DNA of 32,000 nt from Candidatus Nanogingivalaceae bacterium (GCA_015257795.3 CP072208.2:600001-632000); one strand, 5' to 3'; positions 8,512-17,503 are shown, numbered from the stretch's first letter. Notes: a model not told the origin generated them from the letters alone. Made by a program: numbers and translations.

Positions 8512-10267
8512 CTTCAGCGATTTCAATTTTTAATTCTTTTAATTGGTTTTCATCAACTACACTTGGCGAACTCATCATTACGTCAACACCCGAACCATTC
8601 TTAGGGAACGCCACAACTTCACGAATATTTTCTTCGTCCATCAAAATCATGAAAATTCGATCCAAACCAAATGCACAGCCCGCATGTGGTGGAGCACCAA
8701 ATTTAAAGGCGTTTAGCATTGCGCCAAATTTAGTCTCAACATATTTTTTATCATATCCAAGAAGGCCAAAAGCTTCATACATTACTTCTGGATTATGATT
8801 TCGAACAGCACCTGAGCAAATTTCATAACCATTCATCACCATGTCATACTGATCAGCTTTAATCGCCAATTTTTCAGCATCGGTTTCAGCATTTCGAAGA
8901 GCTTCAACGCCACCTTTTGGCATTGAAAATGGATTATGACCAAAGTCAACCTTCTGATTTTTCTCATCAAATTCATAGAATGGAAAATCAACAACCCAAG
9001 CCAAAGCAACTTCATCATTATTTTTTAAGTTGAAGAAAGTAGCAAATTCATTTCGAAGGCGACCCAAAACTTTATTCACAACTTCACGTTTATCTGCACC
9101 AAAGAAAATCGCATCACCATCTTCTGCGCCAGTTTCTTCTTTAATTTTCGAAAGCTCATTTTCACTCAAAAACTTCACAATTGGACTTTTTGCTTCACCT
9201 TCAGCATATGTAATATAAGCCAAACCGCCAGCACCCTCACTCTTAGCAATTTCAGTGAAGTTATCAATTTGCTTACGGCTCAAACTTGCACCATTTTTTA
9301 CACAAATCGCTTTTACACATTTGGCATTTTTAAACACACCGAATTCAGTTTCAGCCAATGCGTCATTTAAATCAATCAATTCCATTCCGAAACGCAAATC
9401 AGGCTTATCACTACCGTATTTTTCCATCGCAACTTCATAAGGAATCCGCGGAATTTCTTCGCTCAAAAGTTTCTTTCCAGCAAAATTTTTCACCAAATCT
9501 TTAATAAGAACTTCCATTTCAGCTCGAACTTCTTCACCACTTTCAACAAAAGCCTTCTCGAGGTCTAACTGATAAAAATCCCCATAAAGCCTATCCGCGC
9601 GCGGATCTTCATCACGAAAACAAGTAGCAATTTGATAGTATTTGTCAATTCCACCAACCATTAAAAGCTGTTTGAATTGCTGTGGAGCTTGCGGCAAAGC
9701 ATAGAATTTTCCAGGATGAACACGACTTGGAATTAAGAAATCACGTGCACCTTCTGGGCTAGAGTTAGCAAGAATTGGCGTTGCAATCTCAACAAATTCA
9801 TGGTTTTCCATAAATTTTCGAATTTCACGATAAAATTCTGCACGGCGACGCAACATTTTTTGCATTTTTTCACGACGCAAATCCAAGAAACGATATTTCA
9901 AACGCAATTCTTCATTTGATTTTTGACCATTATCAGAAACTGTAACAGGCAGAGGCTCACTTCGGTTTAAAATTTCAAAATCTTCAACTACCAGTTCAAT
10001 ATCGCCCGTCAAGATATGCGGATTTTTCAAGTTTTCATCTCGCTCTTTAACTACGCCAGTTGCCGAGACAACAAACTCATCCCGACATTTTTCTGCCAAC
10101 TTGAAACTATCCATAAAATCTGGTGAAATCACAAGTTGAAGTAATCCAGAATGATCACGTAAATCAATAAAAATTAAACCACCGTGATCGCGCCGAGAAT
10201 TAACCCAGCCTTTTACTGTAATTTTTTCACCCACCATATTTTTTGAATTTTTCGTAAGCGTTCGCAT
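8501..10267 (-). CDS. aspS: Aspartate--tRNA ligase (bacterial type)
   Basis: OB-fold N-terminus (GEKITVKGWVNSRRDHGGLIFIDLRD) and class II motifs (FRDEDPRADR, GLDRIFM). The start was set to the ATG at 10267, which is preceded by AGGAGAAAT. Confidence 0.95.
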   Translation of the reverse strand: MRTLTKNSKNMVGEKITVKGWVNSRRDHGGLIFIDLRDHSGLLQLVISPDFMDSFKLAEKCRDEFVVSATGVVKERDENLKNPHILTGDIELVVEDFEILNRSEPLPVTVSDNGQKSNEELRLKYRFLDLRREKMQKMLRRRAEFYREIRKFMENHEFVEIATPILANSSPEGARDFLIPSRVHPGKFYALPQAPQQFKQLLMVGGIDKYYQIATCFRDEDPRADRLYGDFYQLDLEKAFVESGEEVRAEMEVLIKDLVKNFAGKKLLSEEIPRIPYEVAMEKYGSDKPDLRFGMELIDLNDALAETEFGVFKNAKCVKAICVKNGASLSRKQIDNFTEIAKSEGAGGLAYITYAEGEAKSPIVKFLSENELSKIKEETGAEDGDAIFFGADKREVVNKVLGRLRNEFATFFNLKNNDEVALAWVVDFPFYEFDEKNQKVDFGHNPFSMPKGGVEALRNAETDAEKLAIKADQYDMVMNGYEICSGAVRNHNPEVMYEAFGLLGYDKKYVETKFGAMLNAFKFGAPPHAGCAFGLDRIFMILMDEENIREVVAFPKNGSGVDVMMSSPSVVDENQLKELKIEIAEDED

Positions 10268-10315
10268 ATTTCTCCTAATTTCTGAATTTAACTCTTTATA
10301 TTTTACCACATTTTA

Positions 10316-11215
10316 CTATTTTTTGCGAATGAAATCCGTCAAATTGACAATTCCGGCTAGATCACCATTTTTTTCAAGCAAGATTGCATAATTTTTATCT
10401 TTCGAAATCATTTTTTCGAAAGCATCTAGTGCGCTAATATCCGACTTTAATGAGAAAAAATCCTCACGCATCACTTTTTGTGCTTTTTTCGAGTCGCTCG
10501 AATCTATTTTAGTAATATCCTCTAAGAAAATTACACCTTTAACACTAGTTTCTTCTGAATCCATTACTGGAAAAATATTTTGCTTCGTCTTAAAAAGCTC
10601 ATCAATAATCAACGGCGTCAATAAATCATTTGCATGGATAATAGCCATTTTCTCGCTCGAAATACCTTCATCCAAAGCGCGCCCCTCTTTAAGCTCAAAA
10701 ATTTTTTCAATCCATTTTTGTTCATTTTTATCTAAGATTTGACGATGTTTTTCTAAAAAATGCAGAAGTTCTTCCTTGGAGTAAAAAGCCCAGGGCTGTT
10801 TCTTATTCGCCATTTTTGAAAGTCGATTTTGAATTCGCAAATTTTGTGCAAAATAAATTCCACCAAAAATTGGAATAGTTTTTCGGTTAATTTTCGAGGA
10901 AATGTTTGAAAGCACGCCACTTTTTAAAATACCTTTCGAAACTAAGAAAACTACGAAAATGATTAACGTTGCTTGATAAAAATCAACAACTTTGGCAAAT
11001 AAAACTACTGATAAAATCATTAAAGCACAGCCAAAATAGCGCAAAAAATAATTATAAACTGGAGCAAACTTCTTTTTATTGAGCATCTTTTCTGCTCGCT
11101 TATCACCCGCATCAATTCGGCGCTGAAGCTCAAATTCCGAAAAGTCAACTTCTTTTTCCTTCAACGAGAAAACAATAAGCATTAAAACTAAGAAAAATAT
11201 ACTTATTAATAGCAT
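10316..11215 (-). CDS. Membrane protein with a C-terminal CBS-domain pair
   Basis: 299 aa. The N-terminal half has 3-4 hydrophobic helices. The C-terminal half resembles tandem CBS domains (…IFPVMDSEETSVKGVIFLEDI… and …NYAILLEKNGDLAGIVNLTDFI). Confidence 0.7.
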   Translation of the reverse strand: MLLISIFFLVLMLIVFSLKEKEVDFSEFELQRRIDAGDKRAEKMLNKKKFAPVYNYFLRYFGCALMILSVVLFAKVVDFYQATLIIFVVFLVSKGILKSGVLSNISSKINRKTIPIFGGIYFAQNLRIQNRLSKMANKKQPWAFYSKEELLHFLEKHRQILDKNEQKWIEKIFELKEGRALDEGISSEKMAIIHANDLLTPLIIDELFKTKQNIFPVMDSEETSVKGVIFLEDITKIDSSDSKKAQKVMREDFFSLKSDISALDAFEKMISKDKNYAILLEKNGDLAGIVNLTDFIRKK

Positions 11216-11221
11216 ATCCTA

Positions 11222-11230
11222 ATTGTACCA
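11222..11230 (-). promoter_or_regulatory. Extended -10 element TGgTACAAT, 6 nt upstream of the ATG of the CBS-membrane gene
   Basis: Minus strand reads atggTACAATtaggatATG. A weak -35 (TTTTCA) lies 17 nt upstream. Confidence 0.4.
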
Positions 11231-11243
11231 TATTTTAGTAATT

Positions 11244-11271
11244 TTGAAAAAGCTTATTTTTATGTTAAAAT
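11244..11271 (+). promoter_or_regulatory. Putative promoter of the dsbA-like gene, TTGAAA-16-TGtTAAAAT
   Basis: Plus strand reads TTGAAAaagcttatttttatgtTAAAATggtaatagttaatgaaAGGAGattATG. Confidence 0.5.
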
Positions 11272-11295
11272 GGTAATAGTTAATGAAAGGAGATT

Positions 11296-12027
11296 ATGGC
11301 TCAAAAGAAAGATAAGGCAAAAAACCTTGCTAAATTTAAGGATTTTGTCGATGATAATAAATTTGCGATAGTTTTTAGCGTTCTAGTCGTAGCTTTTTTG
11401 GGCGGGATTATTTGGTTATCAAGTCTTGAAAAAATCGATTTAAGCAAAGTTGATATTAGTAAAGAAATTCCCGCAACTGCAGATTCTGGAAATATCGCAG
11501 AACATGTTTACTTAAAAAGCGATTCAAAGGTAACACTAGTTGAATATGGCGATTATCAATGCCCTGGATGTAAAACTGCATCAAACAGGATTAAGGCTAT
11601 TGCAGAAGAATATAAAGGTAAAATTAATTTAGTTTTTCGAAATTATCCACTAGTTTCAATACACCCAAATGCCCTAGCTGCCGCTAGCGTTGCAGAAGCC
11701 GCCGGACTTCAAGGTAAGTATTGGCAAATGCACGATTTGCTTTATGACAAACAGGATGAGTGGACATCTTCAACGGCTAATGATCGGATGGACTACTTCA
11801 TAGAGTATGCGAACGAACTTAAATTGAATATTGATCAATTTAAAAAAGATATCGAAAGCGAAAAAGTCAAAGCAAAAATTAAATACGACCAAGCTATTGG
11901 AGCAAAGGCTAAAGTTTCAGGCACGCCATCTTTTACCCTAAACGGAAAAGACCTGGACTCAAAAATCTGGGGTGACGACTCGAAACTAAAAGCTGCTTTA
12001 GACGAAGCTATAAATTCTAATAAATAA
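11296..12027 (+). CDS. DsbA-family thiol:disulfide oxidoreductase, membrane-anchored
   Basis: 243 aa with an N-terminal TM anchor, the thioredoxin-fold active site YGDYQCPGCK, and the DsbA-like GTPSFTLNG motif. SD AGGAG. Confidence 0.85.
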   Translation: MAQKKDKAKNLAKFKDFVDDNKFAIVFSVLVVAFLGGIIWLSSLEKIDLSKVDISKEIPATADSGNIAEHVYLKSDSKVTLVEYGDYQCPGCKTASNRIKAIAEEYKGKINLVFRNYPLVSIHPNALAAASVAEAAGLQGKYWQMHDLLYDKQDEWTSSTANDRMDYFIEYANELKLNIDQFKKDIESEKVKAKIKYDQAIGAKAKVSGTPSFTLNGKDLDSKIWGDDSKLKAALDEAINSNK

Positions 12028-12052
12028 TAACCAAAAATTTTTATTACAATAA

Positions 12053-12089
12053 AAATCTCACCCACAAAACGGATGAGATTTTATTTTTT
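12053..12089. terminator. Bidirectional rho-independent terminator between the dsbA-like gene and the convergent small ORF
   Basis: Stem AATCTCA(CC) at 12054-12062 pairs with (GG)aTGAGATT at 12071-12080. TTATTTTTT follows on the plus strand, and an A-run upstream gives a T-run on the minus strand. Confidence 0.65.
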
Positions 12090-12097
12090 GTCACTTT

Positions 12098-12190
12098 TTA
12101 TTGTTCAATGTAGCGTTGCCATTCAGCAGGCACCACATCCACCGCAATTATTTTCTTCCTTGAAGGAGGAAAATTGATTTTGATAGGCAT
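12098..12190 (-). CDS. Candidate small protein of 30 aa (MPIKINFPPSRKKIIAVDVVPAEWQRYIEQ), function unknown
   Basis: Hand-translated; it falls below the ORF-track size cutoff. SD AAAGGAGAACAC precedes the ATG at 12190. It has its own consensus promoter and a terminator about 17 nt after the stop. Confidence 0.4.
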   Translation of the reverse strand: MPIKINFPPSRKKIIAVDVVPAEWQRYIEQ

Positions 12191-12276
12191 GTGTTCTCCT
12201 TTTATTTGTGCAACTCACGCGCTCGACCGATATTCCTAATACTATAATTTTACGTTTTTGCGCGAGCCTATCAATC

Positions 12277-12305
12277 ATTCTATCAAAAAAAATAACAAAA
12301 GTCAA
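12277..12305 (-). promoter_or_regulatory. Near-consensus sigma70 promoter TTGACT-17-TAGAAT driving the small-ORF transcript
   Basis: Minus strand reads TTGACTtttgttattttttttgaTAGAAT. About 80 nt of leader precede the small ORF. Confidence 0.55.
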
Positions 12306-12334
12306 GAAAACACGCTATTTTTCGTTTCGCCTCC

Positions 12335-12388
12335 TAAAAAACTCTTAGCGCTTATACTTATATAATACATTATTTTATGCACAAGCGC
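12335..12388 (-). terminator. Probable terminator after the methyltransferase gene (end of the arc-linked transcription unit)
   Basis: In minus-strand RNA, GCGCUUGUGC pairs with GUAUAAGCGC (10 bp, including 2 G-U pairs), followed by UAAGAGUUUUUU. The loop is large (about 21 nt), so confidence is moderate. Confidence 0.45.
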
Positions 12389-12406
12389 AATAGTTTTTTA
12401 AACTTT

Positions 12407-12994
12407 TTATGGTTTTTTAAAAATAGCCAATGTTGCTTCAATATCTTTTGGAATATTATATTTTCTGCACCACTCGTCAACGGCCTTTGATGCTCCGGGT
12501 AACGCCTGATTACCATAATCATCAACAACGATAACCGCCCCGCTCTCAAGATTATTCCATATTAAATTAAGTGGGTCTAAAATTGAATCATAATAATCTC
12601 CGTCCAAAAAAGCAAAGCTAATTTTCGAAGGGATTTGTTCTCGCGAAATCTGATTAAACCAACCTTTTGTGATTTTTGGTATTTTTTTGACATTCGCTTT
12701 TCTTAAATTCGAAATAAGCTGTTTTTTGCTTGCACAAAGTTCGCCCTTTTTAAAATCCTCACCCAATGAATTTACGTCTTCAACGGATTTCTCCGGAAGA
12801 CCCTCAAAAGAATCATATAGCCAAAGATGCTTTTCACTGTTCCATTCCTCAATCTTTTTCGCCAAAAAAACACTAGTAGTTCCGACATAGCATCCAAATT
12901 CAACAATATCACCAAAAATTGCGCGAGTCTTTTCGAGCTCGCGCAAAATTATTTGAATTTCACGTTCATTAACTTGATCACTTAGTAGTTTCAT
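12407..12994 (-). CDS. Class I SAM-dependent methyltransferase, TylF/MycF (macrocin O-methyltransferase-like) family
   Basis: 195 aa. It shows the TylF-like blocks IVEFGCYVGTTSVFLA, LYDSFEGLPE, KGWF, and FAFLDGDYYDSILDPLNLIWNNLESGAVIVVDDYG. Confidence 0.8.
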   Translation of the reverse strand: MKLLSDQVNEREIQIILRELEKTRAIFGDIVEFGCYVGTTSVFLAKKIEEWNSEKHLWLYDSFEGLPEKSVEDVNSLGEDFKKGELCASKKQLISNLRKANVKKIPKITKGWFNQISREQIPSKISFAFLDGDYYDSILDPLNLIWNNLESGAVIVVDDYGNQALPGASKAVDEWCRKYNIPKDIEATLAIFKKP

Positions 12995-13008
12995 TAGTAT
13001 CTATTATA

Positions 13009-13434
13009 CTACGAACGTTTAATTGTACCAACTATATCGTAAATCTCATTCTCGTCAACAGGCTGAAACTCACCAGAAACCTCAACACCATTAGAGCCAG
13101 CTTCTCCGCCATAAAACTCTAATATATTGCCTCCTCCAGATATTGCATATTTTTTGCCTTTTGAATCGATAATTCCGACCTTACATTTTTGCGAAGAATC
13201 GGTCTTACCTTGCTTAGTTGATAAACAAATTAGATTTCCTGATATTGTTATTGTCTTTGAAGACTCTTCTTTTTTATTATCTTTTAGACCACGATGCGCT
13301 GAAGGTATCGTAAAATCAAGAAGTTTAACTACAAAGGCAGTTGCAAAAACTATCGCTACTAAAACTAGAATTATCAATATTGAAGTTAGTTTTTGATGGA
13401 AAGATTCTCTTTGATATTTTGAAATTTCTCTCAT
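13009..13434 (-). CDS. Hypothetical membrane-anchored small protein
   Basis: 141 aa with a single TM segment (ILIILVLVAIVFATAFVV) and a Gly/Ser/Lys-rich extracytoplasmic part with 2 Cys. It lies 4 nt after the yfcC-like stop. No SD is present. Confidence 0.55.
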   Translation of the reverse strand: MREISKYQRESFHQKLTSILIILVLVAIVFATAFVVKLLDFTIPSAHRGLKDNKKEESSKTITISGNLICLSTKQGKTDSSQKCKVGIIDSKGKKYAISGGGNILEFYGGEAGSNGVEVSGEFQPVDENEIYDIVGTIKRS

Positions 13435-13438
13435 TTTA

Positions 13439-15109
13439 TTATTTCAAGAATCCCATCACAATAATTACAACCAAACTGATAATCGTTAAGATTGCCATAA
13501 TTGGAGCAGTTCGTTTTACCCAGTTTTTATATGGCACACCAGCAAGCGCCAAACCAGCCATCAATGATGCGATCGTTGGTGCAATCATATTTAGCAATCC
13601 CGAGGCTGTCGCAAATGCAACAACAGCAATCTCTTTAGTAGAACCAGCTAAACTTGCAACAGGTGCAATAATCGGCATTGTTGCCTCCGCTAAACCTGAA
13701 GATGAAGGAATTATAAATGACATTGGAATATAGAAGATAAATGCCAAAACGCCAAATATTTGCGAAGGAACCTTGCGTAACAAGTCTTCACCCCAATAAA
13801 CAATCGTATCTTGAATTCCACCAGCACGCATCAAAACGCCAATTGCAGCAGCAACCGCAATGATTAATGCAACATTTAATAGATCAGCTGAACCTGCAAG
13901 AAAGGTATTAGTTACTGAAATATCTTCTTTTTTAAATTCTTCATAATATAGAATTTTAATAAGAACCGTCGATATCAAGAACAATGCTGAAATTTCATTA
14001 AAGTACCAACTACCGAACGCTACTGAATGTTCAAAACCGAAAACTGGTCCAACAACAGGCAAAGTTGCAAGCCATTCGTGCCATTCTTTAAAGAAAGAAA
14101 CCCCTAGATCCTCCCATGGAATCAATGACATAACCATTACAAGGAATGTAAAGCCAAAAATTCCCATAACGAATTTTCGTTCAAGAGTAAATTTTGGAAT
14201 ATTCGAAGCATCGATTGATTTAACTGCTGGTTTACCCTTTGAATCTTCAGCATAACCACCAGCTTTAACTTTTCCAGCATATCGCATCGTAAAAATGATT
14301 GAAGCGATCAAAGATACAACCAAAATAACAAATTGAGGTAAAAGAACTTTTGAAAGATCCGCCCCAGCAGCATTTGCAGCAATTCCTGTTGAGAACGGGT
14401 TAACAGTTGACGCTAAAACACCAACTCCAGCGCCCAGAACAATCACCATTACTGCGGTCATTGCATTATAGCCAGCCGCTAACATAATTGGCACAACTAA
14501 TGCATAAAAGGCCACTGCCTCCTCTTGCATACCGTAAGTTGTTCCACCAATCGCAAAGAGCGTCATTAAGACTGGAATCAACCATTTCTCTTTGCCTTTC
14601 ATCTTTTTGAGAAGCCCACCGATTGAAGCATCGAGAGCACCGGTTTTCATTACAACACCCAAAAATCCACCAAGGATTAGCACGAACACAATTACATCGA
14701 GTTTATTCACCATTCCATAAATCGGCGAAGTGAAAATATCCCAAAAACCTTGTTTTAGATTAATATAGAAATCTTTGTTATCCTTTTTGGCATTTTCGTA
14801 ATCTTTTTTAACGTTTTTATATCCTTTGCTTTCAGCATCAGAAGCCGAAATCTCATTTTTCGGATCCTTAACTTCCTCAACAACCTTCAAACGCTTTTCA
14901 GTTCTAGTATAACTTCCCGATTTAATTGAAGATTCACCTTTTTCATTAGTTGTGTATTCATATCGCCCTGACGGAATCAACCAAGTTAATCCCGCCATAA
15001 TCGCGATTATGATAAACAAAACACTAAAAGCTGAAGGTGATTTAAAAACTTTCAGTTTTTTCGAAACCTTTTTATCAGTTTTCTTTGCATCAACTTTTTT
15101 TGTAGCCAT
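13439..15109 (-). CDS. YfcC/DcuC-family (C4-dicarboxylate anaerobic carrier fold) transporter, putative arginine/ornithine antiporter
   Basis: 556 aa polytopic membrane protein with a YfcC-like sequence (…GMQEEAVAFYALVVPIMLAAGY…, …SSGLAEATMPIIAPVA…). It lies immediately downstream of arcB. Confidence 0.8.
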   Translation of the reverse strand: MATKKVDAKKTDKKVSKKLKVFKSPSAFSVLFIIIAIMAGLTWLIPSGRYEYTTNEKGESSIKSGSYTRTEKRLKVVEEVKDPKNEISASDAESKGYKNVKKDYENAKKDNKDFYINLKQGFWDIFTSPIYGMVNKLDVIVFVLILGGFLGVVMKTGALDASIGGLLKKMKGKEKWLIPVLMTLFAIGGTTYGMQEEAVAFYALVVPIMLAAGYNAMTAVMVIVLGAGVGVLASTVNPFSTGIAANAAGADLSKVLLPQFVILVVSLIASIIFTMRYAGKVKAGGYAEDSKGKPAVKSIDASNIPKFTLERKFVMGIFGFTFLVMVMSLIPWEDLGVSFFKEWHEWLATLPVVGPVFGFEHSVAFGSWYFNEISALFLISTVLIKILYYEEFKKEDISVTNTFLAGSADLLNVALIIAVAAAIGVLMRAGGIQDTIVYWGEDLLRKVPSQIFGVLAFIFYIPMSFIIPSSSGLAEATMPIIAPVASLAGSTKEIAVVAFATASGLLNMIAPTIASLMAGLALAGVPYKNWVKRTAPIMAILTIISLVVIIVMGFLK

Positions 15110-15122
15110 TTTTTCTCCTAAA

Positions 15123-16112
15123 TTACAAAGTTAAAGCCATTACCGCTTTAATTGTATGCATTCGATTTTCAGCTTCATCAAACACAATTGAAGCATTTGA
15201 GTTGAAAACCTCGTCTGTAACTTCCATTTCTTTCAAGCCATATTTTTCGAAAATTTCCTGACCGATTTTAGTGTTTAAGTCATGAAAAGCTGGCAAACAG
15301 TGCATGAATTTTACATTTGGGTTGCCCGTTGCATGAAGAAGTGCAGTATTAACTTGGAATCCTCGAAGCTGATGAATTCGCTCTTCAAATTTATCTTCTT
15401 CACCCATTGAAACCCACACGTCAGTATAGATGAAATCTGCACCATGAGCGGCACCATATAGGTCATCTGTAATTGTGATTTTCGCCCCAGTTTCATGTGC
15501 GATTTCACGACACTTTTCAACCAAAGCTTGGTCTGGATGAAGTTCATTTGGCGCAGCAATTCGAAAATCAACGCCCATTTTTGCAGCCCCGATCATTAAA
15601 CTATTCGCCATGTTATTTCGGCCATCACCAACAAAAACCAATTTAGCACCTTTCAAATAACCAAGATGTTCTTCCATAGTCATAAAGTCTGCCAAAATTT
15701 GAGTTGGGTGATATAAATCAGTCAATCCATTCCAAACTGGAACACCAGCATATTTCGCAAGTTCTTCAACGGTTGAATGAGCAAATCCACGAAATTCGAT
15801 TCCGTCAAATGATCGCCCAAGCACAATTGCCGTATCTTTAACTGACTCTTTTTTACCCATTTGAATATCATCTTTACCTAAAAATTCTGGGTGGATTCCT
15901 AAATCACGAGCCGCTACAGTAAAAGCAGTTCGAGTTCGGGTTGAAGTTTTTTCGAAAAGCAATGCAACTTGCTTGCCTTCATGAATTTTGTGTGGAATTC
16001 CAGCACGTTTTAGACGTTTGTATTCGTGCGCTGTATCAAGCATTAGTCGAATTTCTTCTGGTTTAAAATCCAAAAGCGTTAAAAAGTTTCGACTCCTTAA
16101 GTTTAGTGCCAT
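15123..16112 (-). CDS. arcB: Ornithine carbamoyltransferase (catabolic context)
   Basis: 329 aa with the carbamoyl-phosphate motif STRTR ([12 protein letters not shown]), the HPTQ motif, the ornithine-binding DVWVSMG motif, and HCLP. Confidence 0.93.
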   Translation of the reverse strand: MALNLRSRNFLTLLDFKPEEIRLMLDTAHEYKRLKRAGIPHKIHEGKQVALLFEKTSTRTRTAFTVAARDLGIHPEFLGKDDIQMGKKESVKDTAIVLGRSFDGIEFRGFAHSTVEELAKYAGVPVWNGLTDLYHPTQILADFMTMEEHLGYLKGAKLVFVGDGRNNMANSLMIGAAKMGVDFRIAAPNELHPDQALVEKCREIAHETGAKITITDDLYGAAHGADFIYTDVWVSMGEEDKFEERIHQLRGFQVNTALLHATGNPNVKFMHCLPAFHDLNTKIGQEIFEKYGLKEMEVTDEVFNSNASIVFDEAENRMHTIKAVMALTL

Positions 16113-16115
16113 TTA

Positions 16116-17366
16116 TTAAATCTCCTCTCTCCAAATTGGCATTGACATACATCGTGGACCTCCTCGACCGCGGCCAAGTTCGGCACCTTGAATTTCAATC
16201 ACTTCAACACCAGCTTCGCGTAAAGCTTTGTTTGTTACGTAGTTTCGATCATAAGTAACCACAACACCTGGTGCAATTGCTAGCGTATTTGAGCCATCGT
16301 TCCATTGCTCACGAGCAGCAGCAATCGGATCACCATCTCCACATTGAATCAAAGTTACATGGTCAAGACCAAGAACTTCTTCCAAGGTTTCTTTTAGATT
16401 TGTTCGGTGCGTAATTTTTGGCTGTCCTGGGATACCAGAATCTTCCAAAATATAAATGTTCAATTCGCCATCTTTATCTAGAATTTCAGGGTGAACTGTA
16501 AACTTATCTCGATCAATCATTGTGAAAACAGTATCGAGATGCATAAATGCATGCGAAACTGGAATCTGAATTGCCAAGATTTTATTAAAGTCTGAAAATT
16601 CAAACAATTTCGAAGCAACTTTTTCAATAGCTTCAGGAGTTGTTCGTTGCGAAACGCCAATTGCCATCACGTTCCTTGAAAGCACGAGTTCGTCGCCACC
16701 TTCCATATTAAATTTATTGTAACGGTCAAACCAAACTGGCACTTCTCCACCGGGAGTTTTGGCAGCAAAACGTGGGTGATAGCGCATGATATATTCCATG
16801 AACAAGCTCTCACGTCGACGTGCTGGATAACGCATCTTATTGATTGTCAAGCCATTTCCAACTGCTGCGGCTGGATCGCGCGTAAAATAAAGGTTTGGCA
16901 TTGGGTCAAGTAAGAATGGATAATTACTCTTAAAATAATAATTCAAATGAGTTTTCTCATCTTCTTCAGTTTTAATTTCATCCTTTTTTACTCCAGACAT
17001 AAGTTTTCGAACTAAATCGAGTGGCTCAAACTCACCTAAATAACGCATTAAAGCGTGAGTAACGTGTCGTTCTCCCTGTTTTGAGGCTCGAACAAAATCT
17101 GAAATAAAACGCCATTTAATCTCATCATTATAAAGTGATTCTGCGGCTAATTGATCAAGATAAAGAACTTCAACCCCCCGGCTGCGCAGAGTTTCTGCAA
17201 AAGCGTCATGTTCTGCTTGCGCAACTTCCAGATATGGAATATCGTCAAAAAGCAATTGTTCCAAATATTCTGGAGTAAGCCCTTCAAGTTCTTTTCCTGG
17301 TCTATGTAAAATTACGGTTTTGAGTTTTCCGATTTCACTATTCACCTGAATCGGTTTTTCACCCAT
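16116..17366 (-). CDS. arcA: Arginine deiminase
   Basis: N-terminus [23 protein letters not shown], the MHLDTVF block, and a C-terminal catalytic Cys context (GGPRCMSMP). The start was set to the ATG at 17366, after AAGGGAGGGAAT; the track ORF starts 42 nt upstream. Confidence 0.95.
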   Translation of the reverse strand: MGEKPIQVNSEIGKLKTVILHRPGKELEGLTPEYLEQLLFDDIPYLEVAQAEHDAFAETLRSRGVEVLYLDQLAAESLYNDEIKWRFISDFVRASKQGERHVTHALMRYLGEFEPLDLVRKLMSGVKKDEIKTEEDEKTHLNYYFKSNYPFLLDPMPNLYFTRDPAAAVGNGLTINKMRYPARRRESLFMEYIMRYHPRFAAKTPGGEVPVWFDRYNKFNMEGGDELVLSRNVMAIGVSQRTTPEAIEKVASKLFEFSDFNKILAIQIPVSHAFMHLDTVFTMIDRDKFTVHPEILDKDGELNIYILEDSGIPGQPKITHRTNLKETLEEVLGLDHVTLIQCGDGDPIAAAREQWNDGSNTLAIAPGVVVTYDRNYVTNKALREAGVEVIEIQGAELGRGRGGPRCMSMPIWREEI

Positions 17367-17398
17367 ATTCCCTCCCTTATTTTTATGTTTATGCTTTA

Positions 17399-17427
17399 AT
17401 TTTATCATAAAGCTTAAGTTTTATCAA
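17399..17427 (-). promoter_or_regulatory. Putative arcA promoter TTGATA-17-TAAAAT
   Basis: Minus strand reads TTGATAaaacttaagctttatgaTAAAAT, about 32 nt upstream of the arcA ATG. The -35 overlaps the palindrome ATCAA-N5-TTGAT (17423-17437). Confidence 0.5.
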
Positions 17428-17441
17428 TCAGTTTGATTTTA

Positions 17442-17470
17442 TTGACCTTTTAGTCAAAAAATGGTATAAT
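17442..17470 (+). promoter_or_regulatory. Putative promoter of the divergent Cys-rich ORF, TTGACC-17-TGgTATAAT
   Basis: Plus strand reads TTGACCttttagtcaaaaaatggTATAAT. The -35 overlaps the palindrome TTGAC-N6-GTCAA (17442-17457). Confidence 0.55.
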
Positions 17471-17503
17471 AAAAAAATCTTAGTACCTTGGAGGTGATTA
17501 ACT

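Noticed and set aside
12123-12305. 60-aa track ORF on the minus strand in the large intergenic gap
   Set aside because: It starts with the TTG that is itself the -35 hexamer (TTGACT) of the predicted promoter. It has no SD. It is in a different frame from the SD-preceded 30-codon ORF. It ends in an implausible GGCGAC tail.
13127-13733. 89-aa and 130-aa plus-strand ORFs antisense to the 141-aa gene and the yfcC-like gene
   Set aside because: They are antisense shadows of hydrophobic membrane-protein genes, where AT-rich antisense frames stay open. They have no start signals.
13439-17366. Higher GC of the arc genes as evidence for horizontal transfer
   Set aside because: Spot counts give about 50% GC in arcA, but similar values (about 55%) in parts of uvrA. 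The difference from the AT-rich glycan genes therefore tracks protein conservation and composition, not foreignness. No flanking repeats, tRNA or integrase are present. Only phylogeny could test horizontal transfer.
17367-17408. N-terminal extensions of the track ORFs (arc[15 protein letters not shown]; likewise galE, aspS, the GT2 at 26894-26926, and TTG starts at 6849, 8526 and 20876)
   Set aside because: In each case a downstream ATG is preceded by a well-spaced SD and aligns with the conserved N-terminus of the family. The extensions are probably just open upstream sequence.
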